This document shows, in pieces, positions 37,293 through 47,190 of a DNA stretch of 64,000 nt; position 1 is the first letter of the stretch; every line of letters begins with the position of its first letter. The stretch spans positions 2,048,001 to 2,112,000 of the forward strand of contig CBDETK010000013.1 of the NCBI GenBank assembly GCA_965242865.1. The letters are read 5' to 3'. This DNA is from Candidatus Latescibacterota bacterium. GTDB taxonomy: Bacteria > Latescibacterota > UBA2968 > UBA8231. The position numbers and the translations under genes are program-made. The notes under the pieces were generated by a model that saw nothing but the letters and a program-made list of their open reading frames with translations, was not told the DNA's origin and searched no databases.

Positions 37293-38933
37293 ATGCTGCG
37301 CTGCCTGTGGGTCGCCTGCTTGGGCGCGGCAAGTGGCTGCGGCCTCTTGTCGGAAGCGCCCGTAGCGGAAGTAGGGCCGCACCCAATCACGGCCGCTGCG
37401 CTGAGGAGTTTTGTCGCCGAATGGTCGGGGAGCCGGCCCCCTGCACAGACCGCCGACCAAGCCCGTCGATACTATCTTCAGACCATGATCGACGCCCGTC
37501 TGTTGCTGGTGGAAGCCCGTTCCCGCGGCATCGACACCACGCAGGCCGTGCGAGCAACGGTTCGGGACGCAATCGACGCCCGAGTCCGGGCCCTCTATCG
37601 GGCCCGCGAAATCACGGATGCAATCGCAATTTCCGCAACCGAAATTCGCGCCTATTTCGACGACGAAGGGTATGGGGTAGAGCGCAAAGTCAGCGGCATA
37701 CTGGTAGAAAGCCAGACGGAGGCCGATTCACTGGTGGCCCAGTTGCGTGCGGGACGGCCCTTTGCAGAAGTAGCCGCGGCGCACTCCATAGATGGGCGCT
37801 CGGCCCGCCAAGGCGGGGAGTTGGGGTTCGTCGGGCGCGACATGGTGCCGCGGATTCACATCCCCCCGGAAGTTTTCCGCACGCTCCCCCTCGGCGCGAT
37901 CTCAAAACCTGTGTACACGGGCAAGTACTGGAACATCGTGCGCTTTACCGCAGACCGGCCGGCCGCCTACGACAAGTACCGAGACTCCATCCACCGGCGG
38001 CTCTTTGCGGAGCGGGCGGCCCAAGCCACCGAGGAACACCTCGAGCTGCTGCAAGACGCCTTTGAAGTGCGGCTGCACGAAGAGGCCCTGCAGCCGCTAG
38101 TAACCGCCTACCGCCGACAGAACCTTTCCGCGCTGACCGAGCAATCGCTTCTCCTATATACTTTTGACGAGGGCGCGATCACCGTGGCCGCGGCCGTGAA
38201 GATTTTGCAAGAGCAGCATATCGGCTTTGGCTTCGCCGACCATGTTCAGGCCGCTTCCACGCTCAAGCGCATCGTGCTGAATCCCTTCCTCATCCAAGAG
38301 GCCGCACGGCGGGCGGGCTACTACGAAAAACCCGCGATCCAGCAGCTAAAAAAGGCCAAGGACGAGGAAGCCTTACTCGACGGTCTCAAAGAGGCTGTAA
38401 GCCGAAAACTGGATTTATCCGAGGCGGATGTGCGCCGCTACTACGAAAGCCACCCCGCGGTTTTCAGCCACGAGCCGGCCGTGTGGGTTGAGGAAGTACT
38501 CCTGCCCAGTGCCGACGAGGCGCGAAAAAAGAGAGCGCTGCTAGAACGTGGCACTCCCTTCGCCGAGCTAGCGGGCGCAAGCCTGCGGTCGGACGCTGTT
38601 GAGAAAGCCAATCGATTCCATTTCCATCCGCTAGAGCAGGCTGTCTATCCCAAGCTGATGGCGGCGCTCGAGGACGCATCCGCGGGCGAGCTCGTCGGAC
38701 CAGTGGCTGTCGAAGGCGGCTTTTCCCTCTTTCGCATCCTCGACCACGAGGAGGCCTCCATCGAACCTTATGAACAGGTTCGGAAGCGGGCCGAGGCCCT
38801 GTTGCGCCGCGAGCGGGAACACTGGCACCTGCAAGCCCTGTTGAAGAAATTGCGAGAACAGTACGCCGCCCAGATCGAGATCGACGAAGTGCGCCTGCGC
38901 GAAGCCGTGCCCGACAGTCTCCTGCTCCGCTGA
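37293..38933 (+). CDS. Two-domain parvulin (PpiC/PrsA-like) peptidyl-prolyl isomerase lipoprotein
   Basis: Lipobox-like ASGC; VAEVG..IT; FAEVAAAHSID..SARQGGELGF; second FAELA..S..GPV..GFSLFR domain. Confidence 0.85.
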   Translation: MLRCLWVACLGAASGCGLLSEAPVAEVGPHPITAAALRSFVAEWSGSRPPAQTADQARRYYLQTMIDARLLLVEARSRGIDTTQAVRATVRDAIDARVRALYRAREITDAIAISATEIRAYFDDEGYGVERKVSGILVESQTEADSLVAQLRAGRPFAEVAAAHSIDGRSARQGGELGFVGRDMVPRIHIPPEVFRTLPLGAISKPVYTGKYWNIVRFTADRPAAYDKYRDSIHRRLFAERAAQATEEHLELLQDAFEVRLHEEALQPLVTAYRRQNLSALTEQSLLLYTFDEGAITVAAAVKILQEQHIGFGFADHVQAASTLKRIVLNPFLIQEAARRAGYYEKPAIQQLKKAKDEEALLDGLKEAVSRKLDLSEADVRRYYESHPAVFSHEPAVWVEEVLLPSADEARKKRALLERGTPFAELAGASLRSDAVEKANRFHFHPLEQAVYPKLMAALEDASAGELVGPVAVEGGFSLFRILDHEEASIEPYEQVRKRAEALLRREREHWHLQALLKKLREQYAAQIEIDEVRLREAVPDSLLLR

Positions 38934-39036
38934 GCGGCTCGGCTTTTCAGGGGGCGGATGTATTTACGCAGCCTTGTCAAATTGGTATCCTACACCAAGG
39001 CAAGGCCACCCGGCCCGGCCCAATCAGGAGGTCGCT

Positions 39037-42000
39037 ATGGGACATTCCAGCAAACGGTTCGTCCGGTCGTCGCCGCTGTTTTGCGCCTTGATTTGCCTAG
39101 GCCTGCTCGCCAGTGGGCGCGAGGTGCTCGCTCAGCGCGGCAAAGGACATCGGGTCACCAACAGCCGCATCGTCGTCGAGACCGCCGAACACTGGCGCAA
39201 CTGGCAGTTGCCCGTCCATGCCGTTGACGTGATACCCGAAGGAGGGGTTCGCCCCCACCGCTCGCGCCAGCGCTACAACATCCTCGACGACCAAGCTACC
39301 TTTACCCGCCCGCTGACCGATTTCAGACGCCGGAAAAACCAGCACGCCATCCTCAATATCGATAGCACTGTCACGCGCGACGTGAAGGGCACCGTCATTA
39401 CCGACAGAAAAGACAACCCCCTCTATACCCACTTCGCCCGGCCGGGTATCAGCCGGGTGGGCTCCAATCCGCGAGCAGCAAAAAACATCCTCGATGGCGA
39501 CTCAAGCACCTACTGGGAGCCGGACCGCAACGATCCCCTCAAAGACTGGTGGATCGAAGTGGACTTGGGCCGGGTCGTGGCGGTCGATGAGATTTTGTTG
39601 CACTTCGTCGGCGCCGGGCAGGGCGACCCCTTCCTGCGCTTTAGGGTCCTAACCGCGCCCGACCAAGAAGCCATCCTCGAAGACGCCGACGAAGTGGAAC
39701 TGAGCCGCGTTGGCGGCACGCAGGCACCCAACCGCGACCAGCGCGACTTCAGCTTTGCGCTGGAACAGCCTAAGAGCTCGCCTAGTTGGCGCGGGAGGTT
39801 GGTCCAAACCATTCGCATCGTCGTCACGGATACCCACGCCGGGCGCGGCGCCGAAGTCAGTGAAGAGCAGTGGCTCGCTCTCGACCCGGCAGACCGAGGC
39901 GACATCCTCTATTTTGTCAAGGACCGGCAGGGTTTTGAGGAACGCTTAGATCCGAGCCGCCTCCAAGAGCCGGTGGAGACGTTCTACGACAACCTGCCAT
40001 CCGCCAGGCGAGGAGCAAAGAAATTCTTCATCCGCGAGCGGCCCCGCCTAGCCGATATCGAGGTTTGGGGCTTTGGCGACAACATCAGCCCGGGCATCGT
40101 TGAGGGCGGCGGCAGCCTTTTTCTGTCAGGGGAAAATTTCGCGCCCGGCCCGGGCTTTGACGGCGACTACAATACCAACTTCCTGCACTTGGTCTGGTCG
40201 CCGCTCATCGAGCGCGGCGTCCTGACCGTCGATATGGGCGCATCCTTTTTTCTCGACGCCATAGCGGTTTCGGCTGCTGGGCGGCGGCGCGTCATCGACG
40301 GCTATATCATGCGTGGCTCCGACGGCTCGCGGGATTCCTCCGGCCGCTTGAAGTGGCGGCGCATCAGCCCGCGAGCGCGCGAAGACAACAGCGTTGACCT
40401 GTACGAGCATCTCCTCGATACCTACGACGGAATCGAACTCCGCTTTCTCGAAATGACCATCGTCTCGGTCGATCCGCGCCGCCGTGGCGGCTACAATACG
40501 GGCGCTGATATCGGCGAATACCAGATCTTTTCCCAGGGCTACCCCGCCGAGGTCGTACTGACTTCGGACCTGATTGAATTGCCCGCCGCTCGCAACTTGG
40601 GCCGCATCATCTACGACAGCGAGGTTCCACCCGGCACCAACCTCGAAATTCGCACCCGGTCCGGCGATCTGCTGGGCAAGACCATCCGCTACTTCGACAA
40701 ATCCGGCACCGAACTCACGTTTGATGCCTGGGACAGCTTGCTCCGCAGCTACAAGGGGCCGGTTGATACCTCCTTTGTGCCGGCTAGCGGCTGGAGCCCC
40801 TATAGTCGAGCCTATCAGCAGTCGGGCGATCGCGTCACGTCGCCGGGGCTGCGTAAGTTCTTGCAGATCCAAGTCAAGATGGAGACCACAGACCGCAATA
40901 TCGCCGCGGCGATCCACTCCATAAACATCGAACTCGTCAACCCGGCAGTCTCCAATATCGTGGCCGAACTATGGCCCCCTGAAGTAAAGGTGCCAGGACG
41001 GACCGATACCTTTGAGGTGTTTGTCCAGTCCCAGTTTATTCAGTCGCCCGCCTCGGCGCGCAGCGTCGGCTTTGACGAAATCCTCCTCGTCATGCCCCCC
41101 TCCCAAACGCTGCAACTGCTCGAAGTGGGCATCCAAGACAGCGCCGTTGGCTCGGAGCGGATCTTCTCGCCCGCGGGCGACCCTACCGCTTTTGTCGATG
41201 GGGGCGGCCGCCCACTCGAGCTGCTAAGTCCTAGCGCTGATTCGCTCTGGGTGCGCCTCCCCGAATCCCTCAACGCACTCGCAGACGCCCCCCGCACGTA
41301 CCGCCGCCGCACCGCGGAGGGCGACCAAGTGCCGGTGACCGCAGACGGCTTGCCGCTAACGGACGCTGCGTATGGCCTGCTCGAGGTGGAGGAACAGGGC
41401 GATATCCGCTATTTCCGCCGCACCGAGGGCATCCTGTCCCAAGTCTCCGAAGCCGCCTACCAAGCCTTGGAGCCCGAGCAGCAGGGGCCGATTCGCTACT
41501 TCCGCATCCTGCGCGGCGATGGGGCCCAGTTCCCCTTTGATGCAGCGGGCGACTCGCTCGATGTGACGGCCTACAACCGCCTGCCGACCGCCTCCCGGGG
41601 CACCGTGGTCTCGCCCGGGCCCTTAATGCGGCTGCGCTTTGCCGCTCCCGTCTTTGTCAACGGCACGACCTTGAGCTTGGCCGTGCGCAACACCAGCGGC
41701 GGCGCCAATCTGGCCGCGCCTTGGCAAAGCGTCGAAGCCGGCGACGCGACCGCCCGGATAGGCAGCAATGCCCTCTCGATCAACCTGCCGCTCAACGCCA
41801 AGGCCGTCGATGAATTCCGCATCGCCCCCAATCCGTTTACCCCCAACGGCGATGGCATCAACGACGCGACCGAAATCCACTTCTCCGTCTTCAAACTCAC
41901 CGCTCCCCGCCCGGCTCGGGTGCGGGTGTACACGCTGGCGGGTCGCCCGGTTTGGGAGCATGCCCAGCAATTGCAAAGCGGGCGCTTCAGCACGCGCTGG

Positions 42001-42123
42001 GACGGAACAGACCTGAACGGCCGCAAAGTGCCGCCCGGACTTTACCTTTGCCAAGTGGACCTCGACGTAGATCGGGCAAGCCGCTCGGCGACGCGGACGC
42101 GCCTGCTGTCGATCGCCTATTAG
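39037..42123 (+). CDS. Large exported protein with discoidin-like domain and C-terminal FlgD-Ig / type-B-like CTD
   Basis: AGGAGGT RBS; signal peptide; NILDGDSSTYWEP..WWIEVDLGR; RTRSG; PNPFTPNGDGIND; WDG.D.NG.KVPPGLY; ends SIAY*. Confidence 0.85.
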   Translation: MGHSSKRFVRSSPLFCALICLGLLASGREVLAQRGKGHRVTNSRIVVETAEHWRNWQLPVHAVDVIPEGGVRPHRSRQRYNILDDQATFTRPLTDFRRRKNQHAILNIDSTVTRDVKGTVITDRKDNPLYTHFARPGISRVGSNPRAAKNILDGDSSTYWEPDRNDPLKDWWIEVDLGRVVAVDEILLHFVGAGQGDPFLRFRVLTAPDQEAILEDADEVELSRVGGTQAPNRDQRDFSFALEQPKSSPSWRGRLVQTIRIVVTDTHAGRGAEVSEEQWLALDPADRGDILYFVKDRQGFEERLDPSRLQEPVETFYDNLPSARRGAKKFFIRERPRLADIEVWGFGDNISPGIVEGGGSLFLSGENFAPGPGFDGDYNTNFLHLVWSPLIERGVLTVDMGASFFLDAIAVSAAGRRRVIDGYIMRGSDGSRDSSGRLKWRRISPRAREDNSVDLYEHLLDTYDGIELRFLEMTIVSVDPRRRGGYNTGADIGEYQIFSQGYPAEVVLTSDLIELPAARNLGRIIYDSEVPPGTNLEIRTRSGDLLGKTIRYFDKSGTELTFDAWDSLLRSYKGPVDTSFVPASGWSPYSRAYQQSGDRVTSPGLRKFLQIQVKMETTDRNIAAAIHSINIELVNPAVSNIVAELWPPEVKVPGRTDTFEVFVQSQFIQSPASARSVGFDEILLVMPPSQTLQLLEVGIQDSAVGSERIFSPAGDPTAFVDGGGRPLELLSPSADSLWVRLPESLNALADAPRTYRRRTAEGDQVPVTADGLPLTDAAYGLLEVEEQGDIRYFRRTEGILSQVSEAAYQALEPEQQGPIRYFRILRGDGAQFPFDAAGDSLDVTAYNRLPTASRGTVVSPGPLMRLRFAAPVFVNGTTLSLAVRNTSGGANLAAPWQSVEAGDATARIGSNALSINLPLNAKAVDEFRIAPNPFTPNGDGINDATEIHFSVFKLTAPRPARVRVYTLAGRPVWEHAQQLQSGRFSTRWDGTDLNGRKVPPGLYLCQVDLDVDRASRSATRTRLLSIAY

Positions 42124-42224
42124 GACCGTTTCGTTTGACAGACGAGCGGTTTTGCCATACTTAGTTTTGGCCGTGGGGTATTGGTAGTTGCGATTGCGAT
42201 TCCTACTGTTTCGAGGAGGTCGTC

Positions 42225-44900
42225 GTGAAAGGAACGAAAAGCACCCGCTCTTTTGTGCTAACTGTTCTGGTCCCATGTTGTCTCCTGCTGCTCCCCCCGG
42301 TTGGCTCAGCCCAAGAATACGGTGCTCGGCTGGGCACCCTCCAGCCCGGCGGGCACGTTTCCTTTGAGCCTCAAGGGCCTGGGGTTCTCTTCGGGGCCCT
42401 CGATCCGGCCAAGCGCAGGTGGTACGTGCCCCAAGAGCTCTACAACGAGTACCAGTGGCGTCAATGGGAGTATTCCAACTATGCGCGCCAACACTACGAG
42501 CGCTACGTCAGCATCATCAACGAGGGCGACTCGTACTACGACCTCTACGGCAACTTCGTCACCCGAGGTTGGCTCCTTTTTAACAACTCCCAAGCCCAGC
42601 CCCAGCAATTTGGCTCCTCGGTCCTCAAAGGCAGCAATTTCCAAAGTTGGTTCAGTGGGCTGCTGGTCTCGGCCGATGCCAAGGGCCAGCACCACTACTC
42701 AGTGACCATCGGCGATAACATCCGCACCACGCTTACCCCGATGACCTTTTCCAAGCCCCGCTGGGACGGCGTCCAGTTCGACTACGCAGCCGACAAGTAC
42801 CAAGGTACGCTCATCTACTCGCGCCTCAGTCAGCCGGGGGGCAATCCCGACGTAGAAAACCTCGCCACCAACGCCACCTCCCTGATTGGCGGGCGCGGCA
42901 CCCTGCAGGTGGGCGACTTTGCCACCCTAGGCTTGACGGCCGTCAATTCCCACCAGTCCAACACCCTCATCAGCGGCTTTAGGGGCAACCCGGTCACCGG
43001 CAAACTCACGATCGACCAAAACCAGACGATCTCCTTCATCGAGATCGTGCTGCGCGACGACTCGCCCGAAGACCAAACCGGCGGCGCGGCTTTCTTCCCC
43101 ACGGGCTCTGACATCATCATCACCTACGACGACGGCACGGTGGACCGGGGCAAGGACATTCGCTTTGAGCCGATCATCGAAGGCGGCTTTATCCGCCAAG
43201 GCTTTCTCTCGGCCGATGGCACCGAGGAAATTCGCCTGCGCTACGATTTCGACAGCCCGGCGTTTGTCAATCGTTCATCCGGGGCTAAGGAGGCCATCAA
43301 AAAGGTCGAGTTCCGCCTAGTGCTGGGCAATGACTACCAAATCTGGATCTCTTCAAACAACCAACTCAACATCTCGGATGTATCGGTGCTCTTGCTGGTC
43401 GCCCAAGCCGAGGGCAATGTCCAAGACAACACCAACTTGCAGGTCGTCAGCTTTGAGTACGGCTTGCCCACGGCGACTCAAATCTGGGGCGCCACGCTCG
43501 AACTAGCCGAGGTTTTTGGCTTCAACTTCTACGGCGAATACGACTTGAGCTACTCTTATACCCAGTATCCCAACGTGTTGCGCAAAAGCCACTCGACCTC
43601 CGCGGGCCTCCGCGGCGATCGGGCGGCCCCGGCTTGGATGGTCAACCTCTCGCGCAACACGTATCCTTGGTTCGCCTTTGGCGAGGCCTACAGCATGGAC
43701 CCGCGTTACAACACGCGGACCTTCACCACGCTGAGTTCTGGCTTCATCGACTACGAGGACGAACGCGTCCACGTAGTGGAGTTGGTTGAAGACAACGACG
43801 ACCAAGACCGCTATCCCGACACCGTGCGCAAGGATTGGCGGGCCGGCGACCAAGAAGTCTATCCCGGCTGGGACGAGAACAACGACTTCATCTCCGACTT
43901 CAACCAGAACGACAATCGCTTCCTCTCCAACTCCGTTCCCGACTACGAAGAGCCTTTCCTGCGCCACAACGTCGATCATCCCGAGTTCCTCTTTGGCATC
44001 GACCTCAACAACAACGTTTGGATCGACCGCTTTGAAAACGACGAGGCTCCCGACTACCCCTACAAGAAGGACCATCGGGGGTTCAACGTATATGGCGGTA
44101 TGCACCTGACGCCAGCGGTCCGGCTGATGGCCGGGGTCCTGCGCGAGGACCTCATCACCTCGAACCAAGCAAACCGCGTCAACTACGTGCTGTTCACCAT
44201 CGACACGTCCACGCCTAATTGGGGCCGCTTTCGCCTCTTTGAGATGATCAAGTCCGTTGCGGACGACATTCCCGACGACCTGCAACAGTGGTTGCCCAAC
44301 GCCAATATCCGCACTGGCGAATCGACCAAAATCGAGGACCCCCTCATCGCGCGCGACACTTACGTCAACGCCCTGTGGCTGGGCCACGACTACCAGCACG
44401 GCGGCTTCGTCGCCAAGAACTTTCTCAAGTACGACCTGTACTATCAGCGCCTCGACGCGGACCAACGCGCCCCCTTGGGCCTGCGCCAGCGCGACTTTTT
44501 CTTTGGCTTCGTCAACAAAGTGAGCTACCGCATCAACCTAGGCCGCCTCTGGATTGAGCCGCGCTGGAAGAGCCAGTACCGCCAACAGACCATCGACCTG
44601 CTTTCGCAGGAAAAACGCACCGAACTGGCCGAAATCGGCGGTTTCCTGCTGGGTTTTCCCATGCTCCAGCACACGACCCTGCGGTTCGGCTTGGAGTTGA
44701 CCTTTGTCAACGATTTCGAGCGCGACCTCAACGACTTTAACAGCATCGTCGGTGCCGCCCAGTTCACGAATGTATCCGACTATCTGGGCTATAAGCTCAC
44801 CACGCAGATGGGCATGCGGATAGATCGCCGCAACCCCAAGGGCGACGAATCGGAAACCATCACCGAAAGTTTCATCGCCGTGTACGCCGGCCTGCAATAG
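42225..44900 (+). CDS. Exported ~890-aa protein, putative outer-membrane beta-barrel with acidic insert (paralog A)
   Basis: GAGGAGGT+GTG; signal peptide; alternating-hydrophobic strands in the C-half; EDNDDQDRYPD, DENNDFISDFNQND, DLNNNVWIDRFEND; ends FIAVYAGLQ*. Confidence 0.7.
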   Translation: MKGTKSTRSFVLTVLVPCCLLLLPPVGSAQEYGARLGTLQPGGHVSFEPQGPGVLFGALDPAKRRWYVPQELYNEYQWRQWEYSNYARQHYERYVSIINEGDSYYDLYGNFVTRGWLLFNNSQAQPQQFGSSVLKGSNFQSWFSGLLVSADAKGQHHYSVTIGDNIRTTLTPMTFSKPRWDGVQFDYAADKYQGTLIYSRLSQPGGNPDVENLATNATSLIGGRGTLQVGDFATLGLTAVNSHQSNTLISGFRGNPVTGKLTIDQNQTISFIEIVLRDDSPEDQTGGAAFFPTGSDIIITYDDGTVDRGKDIRFEPIIEGGFIRQGFLSADGTEEIRLRYDFDSPAFVNRSSGAKEAIKKVEFRLVLGNDYQIWISSNNQLNISDVSVLLLVAQAEGNVQDNTNLQVVSFEYGLPTATQIWGATLELAEVFGFNFYGEYDLSYSYTQYPNVLRKSHSTSAGLRGDRAAPAWMVNLSRNTYPWFAFGEAYSMDPRYNTRTFTTLSSGFIDYEDERVHVVELVEDNDDQDRYPDTVRKDWRAGDQEVYPGWDENNDFISDFNQNDNRFLSNSVPDYEEPFLRHNVDHPEFLFGIDLNNNVWIDRFENDEAPDYPYKKDHRGFNVYGGMHLTPAVRLMAGVLREDLITSNQANRVNYVLFTIDTSTPNWGRFRLFEMIKSVADDIPDDLQQWLPNANIRTGESTKIEDPLIARDTYVNALWLGHDYQHGGFVAKNFLKYDLYYQRLDADQRAPLGLRQRDFFFGFVNKVSYRINLGRLWIEPRWKSQYRQQTIDLLSQEKRTELAEIGGFLLGFPMLQHTTLRFGLELTFVNDFERDLNDFNSIVGAAQFTNVSDYLGYKLTTQMGMRIDRRNPKGDESETITESFIAVYAGLQ

Positions 44901-44910
44901 CTTCGGCCTT

Positions 44911-47181
44911 ATGGCCCCGAGCGTTCCGATCGGCCGCGGCGAACTTTGGACTGGGAGCCTCATCGTCCTGCTGGCCTTGGGGCTGCGCCTCTACTACCTG
45001 AACGAACTCTCGTCAAGCCCGCTTTTCGCCGTTCCGGTCGTCGATGCTCGGACCTATGTCGATGACGCCCGCTACCTCAGCGAGGTCTCTTGGGCTGGGC
45101 GTCCGACGCCCTTTTGGCAACCGCCGCTCTATTCCTATCTACTCGGCTTGCTCTTCGCCGTAGGCGGCGAAAATTACTACCTGCCCCGCCTGCTCCAAGC
45201 CCTATTCGGGGCGCTCGTCTGTGGGGGGACCTACCTGCTCGGTCTTCGGCTCTTTCCCCCGGCCGTGGCGCTCGGCGCGGGGCTGGCCGCCGCTTTCTAC
45301 GGCCCGCTCATGTACTTTGGCGGCGAATTACTGCCCACCACCTTGGCCCTCCTCCTCCACTTGGCTTTGCTGCTGTTGCTGCTCACCGCTCCCCTAAAAC
45401 GGCGTTGGCCGTGGCTGCTCGCCGGTCTGGTACTGGGGCTGGCCGCCCTAGCGGTGGCCAACATTCTCCTGTTCGCGCCGGTATTGCTTCTTTGGCTTTG
45501 GTTTTCTCGCGGGAGCTTTGTCCAGCGAGGAGCCTCGTTTTTCCTCGGCCTCGCGCTGGTCGTGGCCCCGGTCGCGGGGCGCAATTATCTAGTCGGCAAC
45601 GACTCGGTGCTCATCTCGCACAACGCCGGCATCAACTTCTACATTGGCAACAACCCCGATTACCAGCGCACGGTCGAGATCCGCCCGGGCAGGGCTTGGC
45701 TCCAGCTAGTGGAAATGCCCGAGCGCGAAGCCGGCATTGAACGCCCATCGGCTAAATCCCGTTTCTTCTTCGCCCGTTCCTATGACTTTGCCGTTGCGAA
45801 TCCGCTCGACTATGCGCGGCTCCAGCTTTACAAGCTCTATCTGTTTTGGCACGGCGACGAAATAAAGCGCAACATCGATCCATATTTTGCCCGCCGCGAC
45901 TCAGTGCTTTTGGCCGTCCTCTTGTGGAAAAAGGGCGTGGCCTTCCCCTTCGGATTGGTAGCCCCGTTGGCCCTCATCGGCCTAGTGCTCTTTGCGCGCA
46001 CTGCGGCGGGCAAGACCGAGCAGGGGCAACTCTGCTTGCTATTCACGCTGACGTACATGGTCTCGGTGGTCGGCTTCTTCGTCACCGCGCGCTACCGGCT
46101 GCCCGTCGTGCCCTTGCTTTTACTTTACGCCGGTTTTGGGCTGTACTCGCTGTGGAAAGAAGGACCCCAGCGCCGGAAGGCCCTAGTGGCTTTGCCCCTG
46201 CTATTGCTCATGGCCAATCTCGGCGCCGGGGCTATGGACGAGGAGGGCGAACCTCAGCAGCACTTCTGGCTGGGCTATGCTTACGAGCGCAAAGGGATGC
46301 CGGCCAATGCCATGCGCGAATACAAGTGGGTCCTCAACCGGCGGCCCGACCACGACGACGCGCTCTTGCGCCTAGCCGCTCTCTACGTCGAAGAAAAGGA
46401 CTACCACAAGGCCGTTGAACTCTACCGAAAATACTTGGAGTTCTACCCCGAGGCGGCCCGGGTCCGCTACTTTCTCGGCAATGCCCTATTGCAGACGCGC
46501 CACTACGAGGACGCTATTGCGATCTACGAGCAAGTAGTCCAAAAGCGCCCCCACTGGGCGGCCCTCCACGGCCGAATCGGCTATGCCCACGCCATGGCGG
46601 GCCAGCTCGGGCCAGCCGCCGCCGCCTACCGCCGCACCCTAGCGTTGCGTCCCGACTCTACCTTGGTGCGGTACCAGTTGGCCCGGCTCTACGAAACAGA
46701 AGGCCAGTTGCCGGCCGCGGCCGCTGAGTACCGCACGTTGCTGGAGCAAGCCCCTACCGAACCCGAGTACCGCATCCGCTTAGCCGAGCTGCTCGTCGCG
46801 GAAGCAGCCGCGGGACAAACGACCGCGCTCTTGCAGCAGACGCTCCAGACCCAGCGGGCCGAGGTCCTTTTGCGCCGAGCTATCGACCTCGATCCAAGTC
46901 GCGTCCAAGGCTATTGGAGCATGGGGTTACTCTTGGCGCGACAGCAGCGCTATTCCCAAGCGTTAGGATTCTTTGAGAAAATTGCCGAACTCGCGCCGCA
47001 GGATGCCCAAGTACACGCCTGTCTGGGCAATCTGTACGAGCGTCTCGGGCGCGAAGCAAAAGCGCGGGAACACTTTGCGTACTACGACCAACTCAAGCGC
47101 AAACGGCGGTTGCAGGACAAAGCGCGGGCCGAAGTAAAAAAGAATGTAGAACTGGTAGAGAAAATATTCGGGGCGCGATAG
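44911..47181 (+). CDS. GT-C (PMT/ArnT-like, GT39-type) glycosyltransferase with C-terminal TPRs
   Basis: VDARTY, QPPLYSY, NFYIGNN, RYRLPVVP; many TM helices followed by TPR repeats. Confidence 0.85.
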   Translation: MAPSVPIGRGELWTGSLIVLLALGLRLYYLNELSSSPLFAVPVVDARTYVDDARYLSEVSWAGRPTPFWQPPLYSYLLGLLFAVGGENYYLPRLLQALFGALVCGGTYLLGLRLFPPAVALGAGLAAAFYGPLMYFGGELLPTTLALLLHLALLLLLLTAPLKRRWPWLLAGLVLGLAALAVANILLFAPVLLLWLWFSRGSFVQRGASFFLGLALVVAPVAGRNYLVGNDSVLISHNAGINFYIGNNPDYQRTVEIRPGRAWLQLVEMPEREAGIERPSAKSRFFFARSYDFAVANPLDYARLQLYKLYLFWHGDEIKRNIDPYFARRDSVLLAVLLWKKGVAFPFGLVAPLALIGLVLFARTAAGKTEQGQLCLLFTLTYMVSVVGFFVTARYRLPVVPLLLLYAGFGLYSLWKEGPQRRKALVALPLLLLMANLGAGAMDEEGEPQQHFWLGYAYERKGMPANAMREYKWVLNRRPDHDDALLRLAALYVEEKDYHKAVELYRKYLEFYPEAARVRYFLGNALLQTRHYEDAIAIYEQVVQKRPHWAALHGRIGYAHAMAGQLGPAAAAYRRTLALRPDSTLVRYQLARLYETEGQLPAAAAEYRTLLEQAPTEPEYRIRLAELLVAEAAAGQTTALLQQTLQTQRAEVLLRRAIDLDPSRVQGYWSMGLLLARQQRYSQALGFFEKIAELAPQDAQVHACLGNLYERLGREAKAREHFAYYDQLKRKRRLQDKARAEVKKNVELVEKIFGAR

Positions 47182-47190
47182 CAGCCGCGT

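Noticed and set aside
42135-42167. Sigma70 promoter upstream of the 890-aa gene
   Set aside because: TTGACA is present, but there is no convincing -10 at 16-18 bp spacing.
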